DNA of 64,000 nt from Candidatus Multivoradales bacterium (GCA_965223155.1 CBDCVR010000014.1:224001-288000), one strand, 5' to 3'. Positions 28,163 through 38,864 are shown, numbered from the stretch's first letter. The notes: generated from the letters alone by a model not told the origin. A program made the numbers and translations.

Positions 28163-29485
28163 TCACGACGCCTTCGCCATCCCGGCACGCCGGTATCTGG
28201 CCGTGATCAGAAAAGGCCGGGCCTCCGCCTGGAAATCGCATCCAGGATACAACTGCTTGCAGATGCCGTCGAAAACCACCATCGCCAACACAGTCATGAT
28301 GAACTTGGTCGAGCCGCGAACTCCAAAGCGCCGCTGGGTGTCCATCAGCTGGAAGACGAAACGCGTGATCTCGAAATCTCGCGATCTGAGGCTCGCGTAC
28401 TCAGCGACCAGCTCGCCGATGGCCCGGTCGAAGGCGGCGCGGCGGTGATCCGGCGGACGCGTGCTGGCGGTCTCCCAGACGATCCGGGCGCATTCCCGCC
28501 CCTGGTTGTTGACCAGACCGAAGAAGAAGTCCACGAAGTCGTCCTGGTCTTCCTCGGTGAGCTCGGCCACGAGGCCGGCGTCGAGCAAGACCAGCTCGCC
28601 ACCGGCCCGAAGAAAGACATTGCCCGGATGGAGGTCGGCGTGAACCAGCCCGTCCAGGAAGATCATCTTGTAGAGCGCGCGCAGCCCGGCCAGGGCGATG
28701 TCGCGGCGACGTTCGGAGGAAAGACCGGCAGCGCCGACCGGCTCCAGATCCTCCATGTACTCCATGACCAGCACGGAGCCGGTACACAAACCCTCGATCG
28801 GAGCGGGCACGCAGATCCGGTCGGCCAGCTCGAAGCTGGCACGGAGCCGGCTCAAGCTCTTCCGCTCCCGCTCGAAATCGAGCTGGTGGCGGATGGGACC
28901 CTCCAGCTCGCGCACCAGTTCGGCCAGGGGCAGGGCGCCGAGACCGGGCAGCCGTCCAGCAACCGCCGCCATCCGGCGCAGGAGGCGGAAGTCCCGATCC
29001 ACGGTGCGACGGATTCCGGGCCGGCGGATCTTGATCGCCACCGGGCGACCGTCCTCCAGCCAGCCGCGATGGACCTGAGCCACGCTCGCGCTCGCCACCG
29101 GCGAGCGTTCGACCCGCGAAACGCGGGCGGCGGCGGCTCCCAGCCCGGCATGCATCGCGGCCAGGATCGGCGCCGCCTCGACCGGCGCCACGTCTTGGCG
29201 CAGCCGGCCGAGGGGCTCGACCAGATCCGGCGGCAAGAGATCCGGCCGCGAGCTCAAGATCTGGCCGATCTTGATGTAGGTGGGTCCAAGGCGCTCACAC
29301 AGCCGGCTCAGAGCCTCACCTGCCAGACGCCTTCGGTTCACGCGGGTACCGCTCAGACGCGCCCTGGCCAAGGAAGCCAGCAGGCGCGCGGCCGTGCCTG
29401 CCGATGCAATCCAGATCTCGAGCGCGCGCGCCGCCTCGGCTCCGATACCGATTTTCCGCCGCTTCAAGATTGCCTCGTCATGCAA
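28163..29485 (-). CDS. ABC1/UbiB (AarF) atypical kinase
   Basis: LGPTYIKIGQILSSRPDLLP, ASASVAQVH, VAIKIRRP, HADLHPGN, LLDAG. Confidence 0.9.
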   Translation of the reverse strand: MHDEAILKRRKIGIGAEAARALEIWIASAGTAARLLASLARARLSGTRVNRRRLAGEALSRLCERLGPTYIKIGQILSSRPDLLPPDLVEPLGRLRQDVAPVEAAPILAAMHAGLGAAAARVSRVERSPVASASVAQVHRGWLEDGRPVAIKIRRPGIRRTVDRDFRLLRRMAAVAGRLPGLGALPLAELVRELEGPIRHQLDFERERKSLSRLRASFELADRICVPAPIEGLCTGSVLVMEYMEDLEPVGAAGLSSERRRDIALAGLRALYKMIFLDGLVHADLHPGNVFLRAGGELVLLDAGLVAELTEEDQDDFVDFFFGLVNNQGRECARIVWETASTRPPDHRRAAFDRAIGELVAEYASLRSRDFEITRFVFQLMDTQRRFGVRGSTKFIMTVLAMVVFDGICKQLYPGCDFQAEARPFLITARYRRAGMAKAS

Positions 29486-29523
29486 GCTGTCAGGCGCCCG
29501 TCCCGCGGGCGCATTCAGAGAAT

Positions 29524-31380
29524 TCAGCGCCTCCCCAGATCCACCGGACTCGTCGTCGGGCCGTCCGAGATCCCTCCGGAAGCGGCTACGGTGACCGCTG
29601 GCCCAGCCGGCAGCGCCAGGCCGGCAAGGCGTGGAGACTCGACCGCCGGCCGGCGCAGGGGCGAGCCGCGGCCGAACACGTTCTCGGCCAGCCAGTACTC
29701 GACCGAGTGCTCGATCACCGTGTAGACCACGCGCTCACCATCGCGCGACACCGAGGGCCAGAGCGCGTCGTCCCCGGCGGCGCTCAGATACTGGATCGCC
29801 CCGGACGGCTGCCGCTCTACGACGCGCCGGTTGCCGGCCTCGTCCCGGACGCTCCAGACCACCGTGCCGCCGCGTCCCTCGCGCGGAAAGTTCTTCTCGA
29901 TCCAGTCCGGACCCGCCAGCGTCGTCATTGACGAGTCGGCAAGGTTCATCTTGAGGACGGACCAGGTCCAGTCGCCGCCGCGGGTCGACATGAAGAGCAC
30001 CGAGCGCCCGCCGTCGGCCCAGGACGGCGACTCGTCGAACCAGCCGCCGCCGGTGATCCGCGTGACCTCCCGGGTCTCGACGTCGACCGTGTACAAGCTG
30101 GCCTCGTGCGCCTCGGTGTCGGCCTGAAACAGAATCCGCCGGCCGTCCGGTGCCCAATCGATGGGGCCGTCCATGCCCCGCAGCCCGTCCGTTCCGGCCG
30201 TCAACTGGAGGAGGCCCGAGCCGTCGGCTTCCATGAGCCCGATCTCCCACCGCGCATGGGTCTTTCCGGCAAAGGCGAGGTGATCGCCGCTCGGAGACCA
30301 TCGCGGGAAACAGGCCTGGCCGGCGCCGGTGTTCAGATCCCGGGTCGCCCCGCTTTCGAGATCGAGCCACCGCAGAACCTTGCGATCCCCCTCGACGGCA
30401 CAGTAGACAAGCTCTTCCCGGCTCGGATGCAAAGTGGCCTGCAAGGGCCAGCGCTCGCCCTCGACCAACGTCCGGGTCTCGCCGGTGGTGCGGTCGAACT
30501 CCTTCACAGCCACGCCGCGTTCCACGAACCGGTGAAACAGCAGCGTGTGGCCCGAGCCCGTCCAGGTCGGCCAGCGGTCGCTGTGAGGTGACTCGGTCAA
30601 CATCCGGACCCGGCCCCCGGTAGCGGGCATGATGGCGATCCCGGACGGCCCCTCGGTGCTTCGCGAGAACGCCGCCCAGTGGCCATCGGACGAGGGAGTC
30701 GGCTTGTAGTCCCAGGCCGAGCCCAGGGTGAGCGGCGCCATCTCGCCGTCCAGCCACACCCGCAGAACGTCGCCCGACCCGAGGTCGTAGCGGTGGCACA
30801 GGAGCGACTCTCCACTGGGATCGAAGGCACAGGCGCCGGCACGGCCGGACTCGCGGGTGATCCTGCGCGGTTGGCCGCCGCCCGCCGGCACCACGAAGTA
30901 GTCGCGCTGGCCCCAAGGCCCGCCTGTAAAGACGACCTCGCGGCCGTCGGGCGACCAGGCCGGGTACTCGTCCTCGAATTCCGAGTCGGTGAGCTGCGAC
31001 AGCTCATCCGAGGCCAGGTTGAGGATCCAGACGTTCTTGCCGCCGTCCCGGGTCGAGGTAAAGACCAAGCGTTCGCCGTCCGGCGACCAGCGCGCCTCGA
31101 AATCGTCGGCCGGGTGGTCGGTGACCTGCTCCCAGCTAGACGTTTCGAGATCGAAAACCCAGAGATCCCAGTGACCCGCCCGGCGCGAGGTGGTCACGAA
31201 CCGCCGCCCGTCGGGCGCGATGGTGGCATCACCGCCACCGTGCCGGTCCACGGCCACCCGCGACAGCCGGAACTCATCCGTGCCCTTTGCGCACGCACCC
31301 AAGACGGCCCAGCCGGAGACCAGAGAGACCAGAGCGGTTCCGGCCGAGAGCCTCGCCAGGACCTGCCGCCACCTCCTCAT
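29524..31380 (-). CDS. TolB-like (PD40 repeat) periplasmic lipoprotein
   Basis: Repeated WSPDG/WAPDG motifs; LGAC lipobox; ATG 31380 overlaps the MFS stop. Confidence 0.85.
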   Translation of the reverse strand: MRRWRQVLARLSAGTALVSLVSGWAVLGACAKGTDEFRLSRVAVDRHGGGDATIAPDGRRFVTTSRRAGHWDLWVFDLETSSWEQVTDHPADDFEARWSPDGERLVFTSTRDGGKNVWILNLASDELSQLTDSEFEDEYPAWSPDGREVVFTGGPWGQRDYFVVPAGGGQPRRITRESGRAGACAFDPSGESLLCHRYDLGSGDVLRVWLDGEMAPLTLGSAWDYKPTPSSDGHWAAFSRSTEGPSGIAIMPATGGRVRMLTESPHSDRWPTWTGSGHTLLFHRFVERGVAVKEFDRTTGETRTLVEGERWPLQATLHPSREELVYCAVEGDRKVLRWLDLESGATRDLNTGAGQACFPRWSPSGDHLAFAGKTHARWEIGLMEADGSGLLQLTAGTDGLRGMDGPIDWAPDGRRILFQADTEAHEASLYTVDVETREVTRITGGGWFDESPSWADGGRSVLFMSTRGGDWTWSVLKMNLADSSMTTLAGPDWIEKNFPREGRGGTVVWSVRDEAGNRRVVERQPSGAIQYLSAAGDDALWPSVSRDGERVVYTVIEHSVEYWLAENVFGRGSPLRRPAVESPRLAGLALPAGPAVTVAASGGISDGPTTSPVDLGRR

Positions 31381-32627
31381 CGCGTCGCCCTCAGCAGGCG
31401 GCCGCCTGAAGTGAAAAAGGAGGCGCCGGTTACAGCCACGTAGGCCAGACCGGCGGCAAGAAAGATGGTCTCGACCGCGACCGCGCCGCGCAGCAGCACG
31501 GCAACCGCCGTTGCCAGGGCCACCGCCAGGCCCTCGCTCTGGGTAACGACCGAGAAGACCCGCCCCAGGAACTGCCCTTCGACCAGGGTCTGCAGGAGCG
31601 AGTAGAAGGGCACGACGATCGCGGAGACGCTGATGCCCCACACGAACATGAGGGCGGTCGAGATCCACGGACTCCCCAGAAGAGCGTAAACCACCATGAC
31701 CAAACCCTCGGAGAGCAGCGCGAAGAGCAGGGTCGGTCCAGCCCCGAGCCGCCGCATCCAGGCCGGGACCACGAAGGCGCCGAGGGCGGCGCCGGCGCCG
31801 GTCGCCCCGATCTGCCAGGAGAGCAGATGCTCGGAGGACCCCAGCACCTCGCGAATGAAGAAGGGCGCCAGTGGCAGCCAAAGCCCCGCGCATAGCAGGC
31901 TGACGAAGAACAGGAACGCTACCTGGCGCACCAGCCGATCGCCGCCGACGTAGGACCAGCCGGCCACCAGCGACCGCACCGGAGAGCTCTCGCGGGCACT
32001 TCGCTCCTTCGTCCCTCGCCTGTCCCGTCTTCGGGGAAGACTCAGGCCGGCGGTCAGCAGAGCGGCTACCAGAAAGCAGGCCGCATCCACGACCAGCGTG
32101 GCCGTAAGACCCGTCCAGAGCAAGAGCTCCGCGCCCAGAATCGGACCGACGATGAGAAGCAGGTTCGAACTGATCTGCTCGACGCCGTTGGCCCGTGGCA
32201 GTTGTCCGGACTCCACCACGAGCGGGACCGAGGCCGCCTTGGCCGGTTGGAAGAACGCCGCCGCCACCGAATGCAGGGCCGCGGCCACGAAAATCACCGG
32301 CAAGGTGGGCCAGGTGAGAATCGTCACCGCCAGAACCATCCGGGCCAGCGCCGAGCCCGCCAGGACCGCCCGCTTGCTCACCCGGTCCACGAGCACGCCG
32401 GCGAAGGGCGCCGCCAGCACTCCGGGCAGAGCCTCGAGCAACACCAGGCCCGCCAGGACCGCCACCGAGTCCCGCTCGCGAAAAAGATAGAGCACCAGCG
32501 CGACTCGGCTGATCTGGGTGCCGACGACCGAGAAGGCCTCGGCCAGCCACAGTCGGCGGAAGGAAGCGTTGGCGAGCACCTGCCGCCAGCCGCGATCGGC
32601 CCAGGCCTCACTCGCGGACGGCGTCAC
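31377..32627 (-). CDS. MFS transporter (macrolide-efflux/DHA3-like)
   Basis: FRRLWLA, GVLVDRVSKR, FFQPA, LGRVFS; about 12 TM helices. Confidence 0.9.
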   Translation of the reverse strand: MTPSASEAWADRGWRQVLANASFRRLWLAEAFSVVGTQISRVALVLYLFRERDSVAVLAGLVLLEALPGVLAAPFAGVLVDRVSKRAVLAGSALARMVLAVTILTWPTLPVIFVAAALHSVAAAFFQPAKAASVPLVVESGQLPRANGVEQISSNLLLIVGPILGAELLLWTGLTATLVVDAACFLVAALLTAGLSLPRRRDRRGTKERSARESSPVRSLVAGWSYVGGDRLVRQVAFLFFVSLLCAGLWLPLAPFFIREVLGSSEHLLSWQIGATGAGAALGAFVVPAWMRRLGAGPTLLFALLSEGLVMVVYALLGSPWISTALMFVWGISVSAIVVPFYSLLQTLVEGQFLGRVFSVVTQSEGLAVALATAVAVLLRGAVAVETIFLAAGLAYVAVTGASFFTSGGRLLRATR

Positions 32628-32656
32628 GAGGAGCTCTCCCCGGCCCTCGGCCGCCC

Positions 32657-32700
32657 AAGAGAAAACGACACTCGAGGGAGCAAGGCTCCCTCGAGTGTCG
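32657..32700 (-). terminator. Intrinsic terminator between the HEAT gene and the MFS gene
   Basis: Perfect 16-bp stem CGACACTCGAGGGAGC/GCTCCCTCGAGTGTCG with 3-nt loop, followed by TTTTCTCTT on the minus strand. Confidence 0.85.
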
Positions 32701-32742
32701 GTGGGCGCGGGCGCTGCGACCCGGCCCCTCGGTCATTACCGG

Positions 32743-33933
32743 CTACCTCGGGTAGTCACGCACGTGCCTACCCGGCTCGTCCGCCACTCCGTCGAGATCG
32801 GAGTCCACCTCGCCCAGCACGGTCGCGTGGGCCGGCAGGTAGTTGAGATCCACGACGCCGTCGCCGTCCCAATCCACCACCTTGCCCTTGAACCTGCCAT
32901 TGACGAACCCGTTGGTGAGGGGTCCGACCACCGGATGGTGCAGGGTCGAGAGGATCGAGTTGCCCGGGAAGAAGAACTCGCCGCCGCTGTTCTCGATGCG
33001 TTCGAGATTGACGAACGACCAACCCTGGAACAGCCCACGCACGTATTCGATCGCCTTACGGCCGTCGACCTGCATGTCCTGATTCAGGAACCACTGTCCC
33101 TGACGGGCGAAGGGGACGCTGACGTTGTCGACCACGCCGGCCGAGGGGTCGTTGGCCTTGCCCGAAAGGAAGATCGGCCGATCGGTGACGGTCTCGAAGT
33201 AGAAGTTCCCCTGCAGAGGATCGCTGAGCTCGGTGAAGCCCTTGAAGAGGAACGCCTCGTAGTGCTCGGAGCCGTCGTCGTTGAGTCCGGTCAGGGTCTT
33301 GGCGACCACGACCTCGTCGTCCCGGGTGGCCATGTTGTTGCAGGCCAGGGCCTGGCCGAAGACGCGCTTGAGCATCTGCGGACTGATCAGCAGATGGCCC
33401 CACATGTCGTTCGAGGGACCCAGCTTGATGTACAGGTTGCAGGTGATGTGGAGATAGATGGTCTGATCGAAGGTGCGGCCCTCGTGGTAGCGGAACGCCC
33501 GCTGCCGGCGAAAGTCTTCCTCCACCCAACCCATCTCCCAACCGAAGACGTTGGCCCACTCGCGTACGCGATGGTCGCCATCGGTGACGAGCTCACGGCC
33601 GATCGCGGCGGTCTCCGAGCTGGGCAGCCACTCCAGGGCCCACAGCAGGTTGACCCGCAGGTCCGTGTCCTCGTCTTCGAACAGCGCCCGGCGAATCTCG
33701 GGTAGGGCCTTGACGCCGTTGCGCGCCAGATACTGGTATAGGGCGTGCTCCCGCATGGCGGGATCCGGCAGCGTGCGCCCGTCGCGGATCAACTGCTCGT
33801 CCGACCGACTCTCCAGGCTGAGAGCCGCTTGGGCGATCATGTCCTCGAATCGAGTCGTCGGATCTCCGAAGCGGACGTCCTCGATTTGCTTGAAGGCAAT
33901 CTCGTTCTTCGCCACTCCGACAGTCTTCAGCAT
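32743..33933 (-). CDS. HEAT-repeat domain protein with an uncharacterised C-terminal domain
   Basis: HEAT-like units (DPAMREHALYQ, DTDLRVNLLWAL, DHRVREWA); DxDxDG loops near the C-terminus; RBS GAGGA before ATG 33933. Confidence 0.75.
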   Translation of the reverse strand: MLKTVGVAKNEIAFKQIEDVRFGDPTTRFEDMIAQAALSLESRSDEQLIRDGRTLPDPAMREHALYQYLARNGVKALPEIRRALFEDEDTDLRVNLLWALEWLPSSETAAIGRELVTDGDHRVREWANVFGWEMGWVEEDFRRQRAFRYHEGRTFDQTIYLHITCNLYIKLGPSNDMWGHLLISPQMLKRVFGQALACNNMATRDDEVVVAKTLTGLNDDGSEHYEAFLFKGFTELSDPLQGNFYFETVTDRPIFLSGKANDPSAGVVDNVSVPFARQGQWFLNQDMQVDGRKAIEYVRGLFQGWSFVNLERIENSGGEFFFPGNSILSTLHHPVVGPLTNGFVNGRFKGKVVDWDGDGVVDLNYLPAHATVLGEVDSDLDGVADEPGRHVRDYPR

Positions 33934-34186
33934 AGTGTCCTCACTTTCGTTGAGTTCGGGCGCTCCCGGTGCCGGTCCCTGTTGCCGTGGCATCGACGAC
34001 GCTCTTCACAAGCGGCGCCGAGAGCTTTCGTACATCTAGTTCGATTTCCATCCAGGCCGCGGTCGCCGTCTGAATCCTGCCGGGTCTCAGCCTGTCCAAA
34101 CAACGATCGCAACTGTCCAAGCGCCTCTCGGTGCTCTCCTTTCTCGAGGTAACGCCGTATAGATATCGTCGGCTCCGCTCTGGGGG

Positions 34187-34201
34187 CTTCTCCTGTATTG
34201 C
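34187..34201 (-). promoter_or_regulatory. Island operator motif, copy 3
   Basis: GCAATACAGGAGAAG on the minus strand, upstream of the HEAT-MFS-TolB-ABC1 operon. Confidence 0.7.
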
Positions 34202-34289
34202 CATTCTGGAAACATGGCCGCTCCGAGGCTCGAACTAGCCAGCGGCCTTGTCCTCCATCGGGCCCTCCGTCGAGTCCTCGATCGGACCC

Positions 34290-36617
34290 TCATTGGGGCC
34301 CTCGATCGCGCCCGCGAGAAGTGGACACCAGCAGGGCACCGTCCTCGACCGACACCACGACCGTTCGCACGCCCGGTTCGCTGCCGGGCTCGCCGTCATC
34401 CAGCAGCAGCCCGGCCAGAGGGTCCACGACCTCCCGCTCGAGCGCGCGGCGCAGACCCCGAGCCCCCACTCCGGGGTCTTGCCGCGTCCTGGCTACGAGC
34501 TCTCTGCGCGCCGAGTCCTCCAATTGGATCTCGACGCCTCGGTCCCCGAGCCTCAGGTTCAGGTCCTCGATCATGAGGTCGGCAATCGCTTCGAGGTGCT
34601 CATCGGCGAGCGGCCGGAAGGGTACGACCCGATCGATTCGATTCAGGAGCTCGGGCCGAAAGCGTACGCTCGAGCCTCCGATCCAGCTCCTCGGCGGCTC
34701 CAGAATTCGCGTGCCCCGGCCGCCATTCCGAGAAGCCGATGGCACGGCCGCGGGACGCCAGCAGGCGGCCGCCCACGTTCGAGGTCAGCAGCACAACACA
34801 CTCGCGAAACATGGCCTGGGTTCCGTCGGCGTCGGTCAGGCGGCCGTCCTCGAGGATCTGCAACAGCAGGTTCTGGAGATCCGGATGGGCCTTCTCGACC
34901 TCATCGAACAGCACCACCGAGTAGGGCTGGTTGCGGATGCGCTCGGTGAGCCGGCCGCCGTCTTCGGAGCCCACGTACCCGGGCGGCGCGCCGATCAGCT
35001 TGGCTACCGAATGACGCTCGGAGTACTCGCTCATGTCGAGGTGCACGAGCGCGTCCTGCTCTCCGAAGAGAGCTTCCGCCAGCCGCCGCGCCAGCTCGGT
35101 CTTCCCGACCCCGGAAGGCCCAACGAGCAAGAACGAACCCATGGGGCGGCGGCGGTCCCGGAGTCCCACGCGGGATCTCCGGATGGCCCTGGCGAGAGCG
35201 GCGATGGCCGGATCCTGGCCGACGACGCGCCGGCCGAGCTGGGTCTCCAGGGAGGCCAGATGGGTCCGTTCCTCACGCGACAGGGCCCGAACCGGAACTC
35301 CGGTCATCTCCTCGATGACCTCGTCCACATGGCGCCGGCGCACGCGGATCGCCTCCCCGTCCTCCGCCTCATCGCGCGAGCGCCGCTCCTCCCACTCGAT
35401 GCGAGCCCAGGCCGCCGCCTCGTCGAGGACGTCGATGGCCTTGTCCGGAAGCTGGCGGTTGGGCAGGAAACGAACCGAACGGCTCACCGCGGCGTCGAGT
35501 GACTCGGGCTCGAAGCGCACCCGGTGAAACTCCTCGTACCGCGGCCGAATGCCGGCCAGAATACTCAGAGTCTCCGCCGCGGTCGACGGCGGCACCCGGA
35601 TCTTCTGAAACCGCCGTTGCAGCGCTCGGTCTCGCTCGATGAAGCGGCGGAACTCCTTGGCGGTGGTCGCCCCGATGCACGACACCTCGCCACGGGCCAG
35701 GACACCTTTCATGATGTTGGCGGCGTCCAGAGTGCCCTCGGTGGCGCCAGCGCCGATCAGGGTATGAACCTCGTCCACGAAGACGATCCATTCACCCCGG
35801 CTGACGACATCGAGCACACCCTGCAGCCGCTCCTCGAACTCGCCCCGGTACCGGGTTCCGGCAACCACCGCGGAGAGATCCAGGGCCAGGATCTTCTTGT
35901 TCCGAAGCGCCCGCGGCACCTGCCCCTCGTGAACGCGTTGAGCCAGCCCTTCGACCAGCGCGGTCTTGCCGACGCCGGGCTCGCCTACCAGGATCGGATT
36001 GTTCTTGCTCCGTCTCGACAGGACCTTGACCAACCGCGCGAGCTCGGTCTCGCGGCCGACGATCGGATCGAAGCGTCCCTCGGCGGCCAGCCCCACCAGC
36101 TCGCGTCCGTAGGGCGCCACCGCGATCTCATCGGCGTCGCCCGCGACCCGAACGGCCCGGCCGTCCGGGACCTCTCGGGCCACCAGAGCCACCGTGTCGG
36201 GCCGCAGGCCGTGGTCGCGCAGGGTCCGGCCGGCCCGGCACCCACATCGTCGCCAGCATGCCCAGAACCACGCACAGCGAGTCCACTTCGGCTTGCTGAC
36301 CTCGCCCTGGCCTCGGCGGCCGCCGCCTCCAAGACGTCGCGGCAGTTGGACGAGAGCGGCAAGGAAGCCGTCACCGCGATCGGTCGCAAGGCCCCCCGCC
36401 GGTCCAGCACCTCGGACAGAAGCCGGTCGGCACCGGCGCCGTGGTGCTCCAGCAAGGAGTCAACGGCGCCATCGCCGAGCCGGCAGAGACCCAGCAACAG
36501 GTCTTCCGAGCCCACCGCCTCCCGGCCGCCCCGGCTGGCTTCATAGCGGGCGAAGCGCAGCGCCCGGCGCATCGAGCGATCCAGTCGGCGTAGCGCCGCC
36601 GGTGCCGGCTCCCGCAC
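34290..36617 (-). pseudogene. ClpC/ClpA-family AAA+ ATPase, frameshifted
   Basis: Clp-N in one frame. NBD1 ([14 protein letters not shown]) and NBD2 (GPSGVGKT, DMSEY, FDEVEKAH) in a second frame. FRPELLNRID...GARGLRR C-terminus in another frame. Confidence 0.85.
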
Positions 36618-37841
36618 TAGCCCGTCACCTCGCTCGGGGCGCCGTCCGCCCTTTCACGACCACCGGCCGCCGGCACCCGTCCAATCGACACGCGGTCTCG
36701 GTAGCGGCCGAGGGCGTGCGCGGCGTGGTACAGCCCCTGCGGCTGGTGATCCGCCGGCGAGGTCTCCAGAATCGCCGCCGCCAGCAAGCGGACGGGGCGC
36801 ACCATCCAAGTCGCCCCCAGATCCTCCGGAGGCACCGCCAGGACCAGCCATTCGAGGGCGTGGCCGGTCGCGTAGACCAGCTCGGCGGGCGTGTCCGAAA
36901 CAGCCGATCCCCGGAACCCGGCGGCCGAGAACTCCCCGTTCGATTGCTGCAGCGCGCGGGTCTGGGCGACGAAATTCTCGAGATAGGCCTCGGCCCGGCT
37001 CCAGGCATTCCAAGCCGGCGCCGCCCAGGTCCCCTGGCTCGAACGGCTCGAATGGCTCGGATGACTCCGGTTTCGACGGGGCCCGCCGATGCCGCGCCAG
37101 CGCATAGGCCACGCCGTAGAGATGATGGCTGCCGCCACAGGCCTCCAAACGCGGATCCCGTTCCACGGCCCGGACCAGGAGTCTCTCCAGCGAGAAACGA
37201 TCTCCCTCGTCGTTCTCCCAGACCCGGCCGGACTCGAGATACGAAGACAACGCCGCGAGAGTCCAGCCCAGCTCCTGCTCCAGCCGGAAGGCTTGAAGCG
37301 CGCCGGCCAGGAGGTCTTCGACTCGCGCGGTCGTCGGCAGATTCCGCTCCACGGCTCCAAGGGCACGGTCCCGGCCGACTCCGTGCTCGCCCAGCACCAT
37401 GAGGTACTGGTCCGGGTGCGCCTCGATCGAACCGCCCCCGGCTCCGGCGGCCGGTCGCAGACAGCCCAGCCGCCGCTCGAACAGCGCCTGGCCCTCGGCC
37501 GCCGAGCCCGTCCGCAGGTACTCGAGACCTCGATAGGCTCGCCCGTCCCGGCCGATCACCGAAGCGCCATCGCCCAGCGCGAGAACGCCGTGGAGAATCT
37601 CCGAGACGGGAGCGCGATCGGCTCGGAGCGGCCTCTCCCGGACCCGGGCCAGCGCCCGATCCACGAGCGCGCCGGTATCGAGATCGGCATAGGCCGCATC
37701 CGGGGAGCGCCGGTCTCCAGGCTCGGCCGAGAGAGAGCGCCGGTCGGACACGGAGTCTCGCTCCGCCTCGAGGCGCGCGCCCAGCCACGCCCCCGCAGAC
37801 AGGACGATCAGGCAAGCAAGCGCGGTCCGAGGCGACCTCAC
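36617..37841 (-). pseudogene. Exported hypothetical protein (Planctomycete-type), frameshifted near 37000-37090
   Basis: N-terminal part (EAHPDQYL, ELGWTL, CGGSHHLYG) continues in another frame with ALQQSNGEFS, YATGHALEWL, LYHAAHAL. Confidence 0.62.
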
Positions 37842-37853
37842 CGCAACCCCGGA

Positions 37854-38864
37854 TCAGCCCGGCAAGGGTCCGAGAATCACCTTGTCGTAGGCGAAGTTCG
37901 TCAGGGGCGACCCGGTCTCCCAGTCCACCTTGGTCGGATCGCAGAAGCAGAGCACCGCGACGTCGTGCGCCACGAAGTACTTCCCGCCAGGCGCCGTGAG
38001 ACCTCGGAAGAAGCCTCCTTCCCGACCCGCGATCGGCTGCCCATGCACGAACTTGGCCGGCGAGCCCCGATACTGGCCGACCATGTCCCAGCGAACGGCC
38101 TGCGCTTCGTCGCCCTTCAGGGTCACAGGGACCGTGGCGATGGTGTAGAGCGCCGTGTTCCGGAGCGCGCCATCCAGCTCGGCGGTGAAGAAGTCCCGGC
38201 GGCGCAGGTTCGCATGGGCGTCGAAGATCGACTTCGCGCCCATTTCGACGCGGGTGTGCCGCGCCAAGGCGGCCAGGCCGTCGCGGGGCTCGTCGGACAC
38301 CTTGGTGAAGACATCCTTGAAGGCTCCGAATTCCTCGCCTCCGCAATAGAAATAGGTCAGGCTGAGCGGCTCCTCCTCGGAGTCCCCAAGCGCCTTGGCG
38401 AAGCGGCGCGAAAAGGCGTTGGCGGCGATGCCCGGGCCGCGTTCTTCGAACGCTAGCCCCTCCCGAGCCTCGAGGTCGAAGACCAGGAGGTAGTGCGCGG
38501 GATCGGCTTGTCCCTTGCGCTGGGTCCTCTGCCCCACCCAGACGCCGTGCAAGGTCTCGTTGAAGGCTCCGGCGTCGGCCGCGTCTGCGGCCTTGGCGAC
38601 GTGCCGCGGCTCGTCACAGATCGAAAAATCCGTATCGAGCAAATACTTCGCCGTCTCTTCGGGACTCGCGGGATGCCGGGCCTCGGGAGCCGCGCCGCGC
38701 CGCGCCTCCGGGGGCGGCACTTCGGCCGAGTCCTCGGCCGGCGGGGCGCAAGCGGCGCCCAGCAGCGCGGCCAAGGCCATTCCCAGGACGGCCCCGCGGA
38801 CGATTCCGGCTCGTTGGTTTCGGAAAGATTGCTTCGAGAGTCCCGATTCGTTCAACTTACGCAC
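37854..38864 (-). CDS. Unknown lipoprotein, paralog A
   Basis: GTG 38864 with GGAGG; LGAAC lipobox; shares motif blocks with 46863-47822. Confidence 0.78.
   Translation of the reverse strand: MRKLNESGLSKQSFRNQRAGIVRGAVLGMALAALLGAACAPPAEDSAEVPPPEARRGAAPEARHPASPEETAKYLLDTDFSICDEPRHVAKAADAADAGAFNETLHGVWVGQRTQRKGQADPAHYLLVFDLEAREGLAFEERGPGIAANAFSRRFAKALGDSEEEPLSLTYFYCGGEEFGAFKDVFTKVSDEPRDGLAALARHTRVEMGAKSIFDAHANLRRRDFFTAELDGALRNTALYTIATVPVTLKGDEAQAVRWDMVGQYRGSPAKFVHGQPIAGREGGFFRGLTAPGGKYFVAHDVAVLCFCDPTKVDWETGSPLTNFAYDKVILGPLPG

Noticed and set aside
29524-32550. 1008-aa ORF suggesting a large fusion
   Set aside because: The first 390 aa overlap the MFS gene in another frame; the real TolB-like protein starts at 31380.
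33941-34204. 87-aa ORF as a RiPP precursor or leader peptide
   Set aside because: It starts across the operator motif, has no clear RBS or leader/core pattern, and no RiPP enzymes are recognised.
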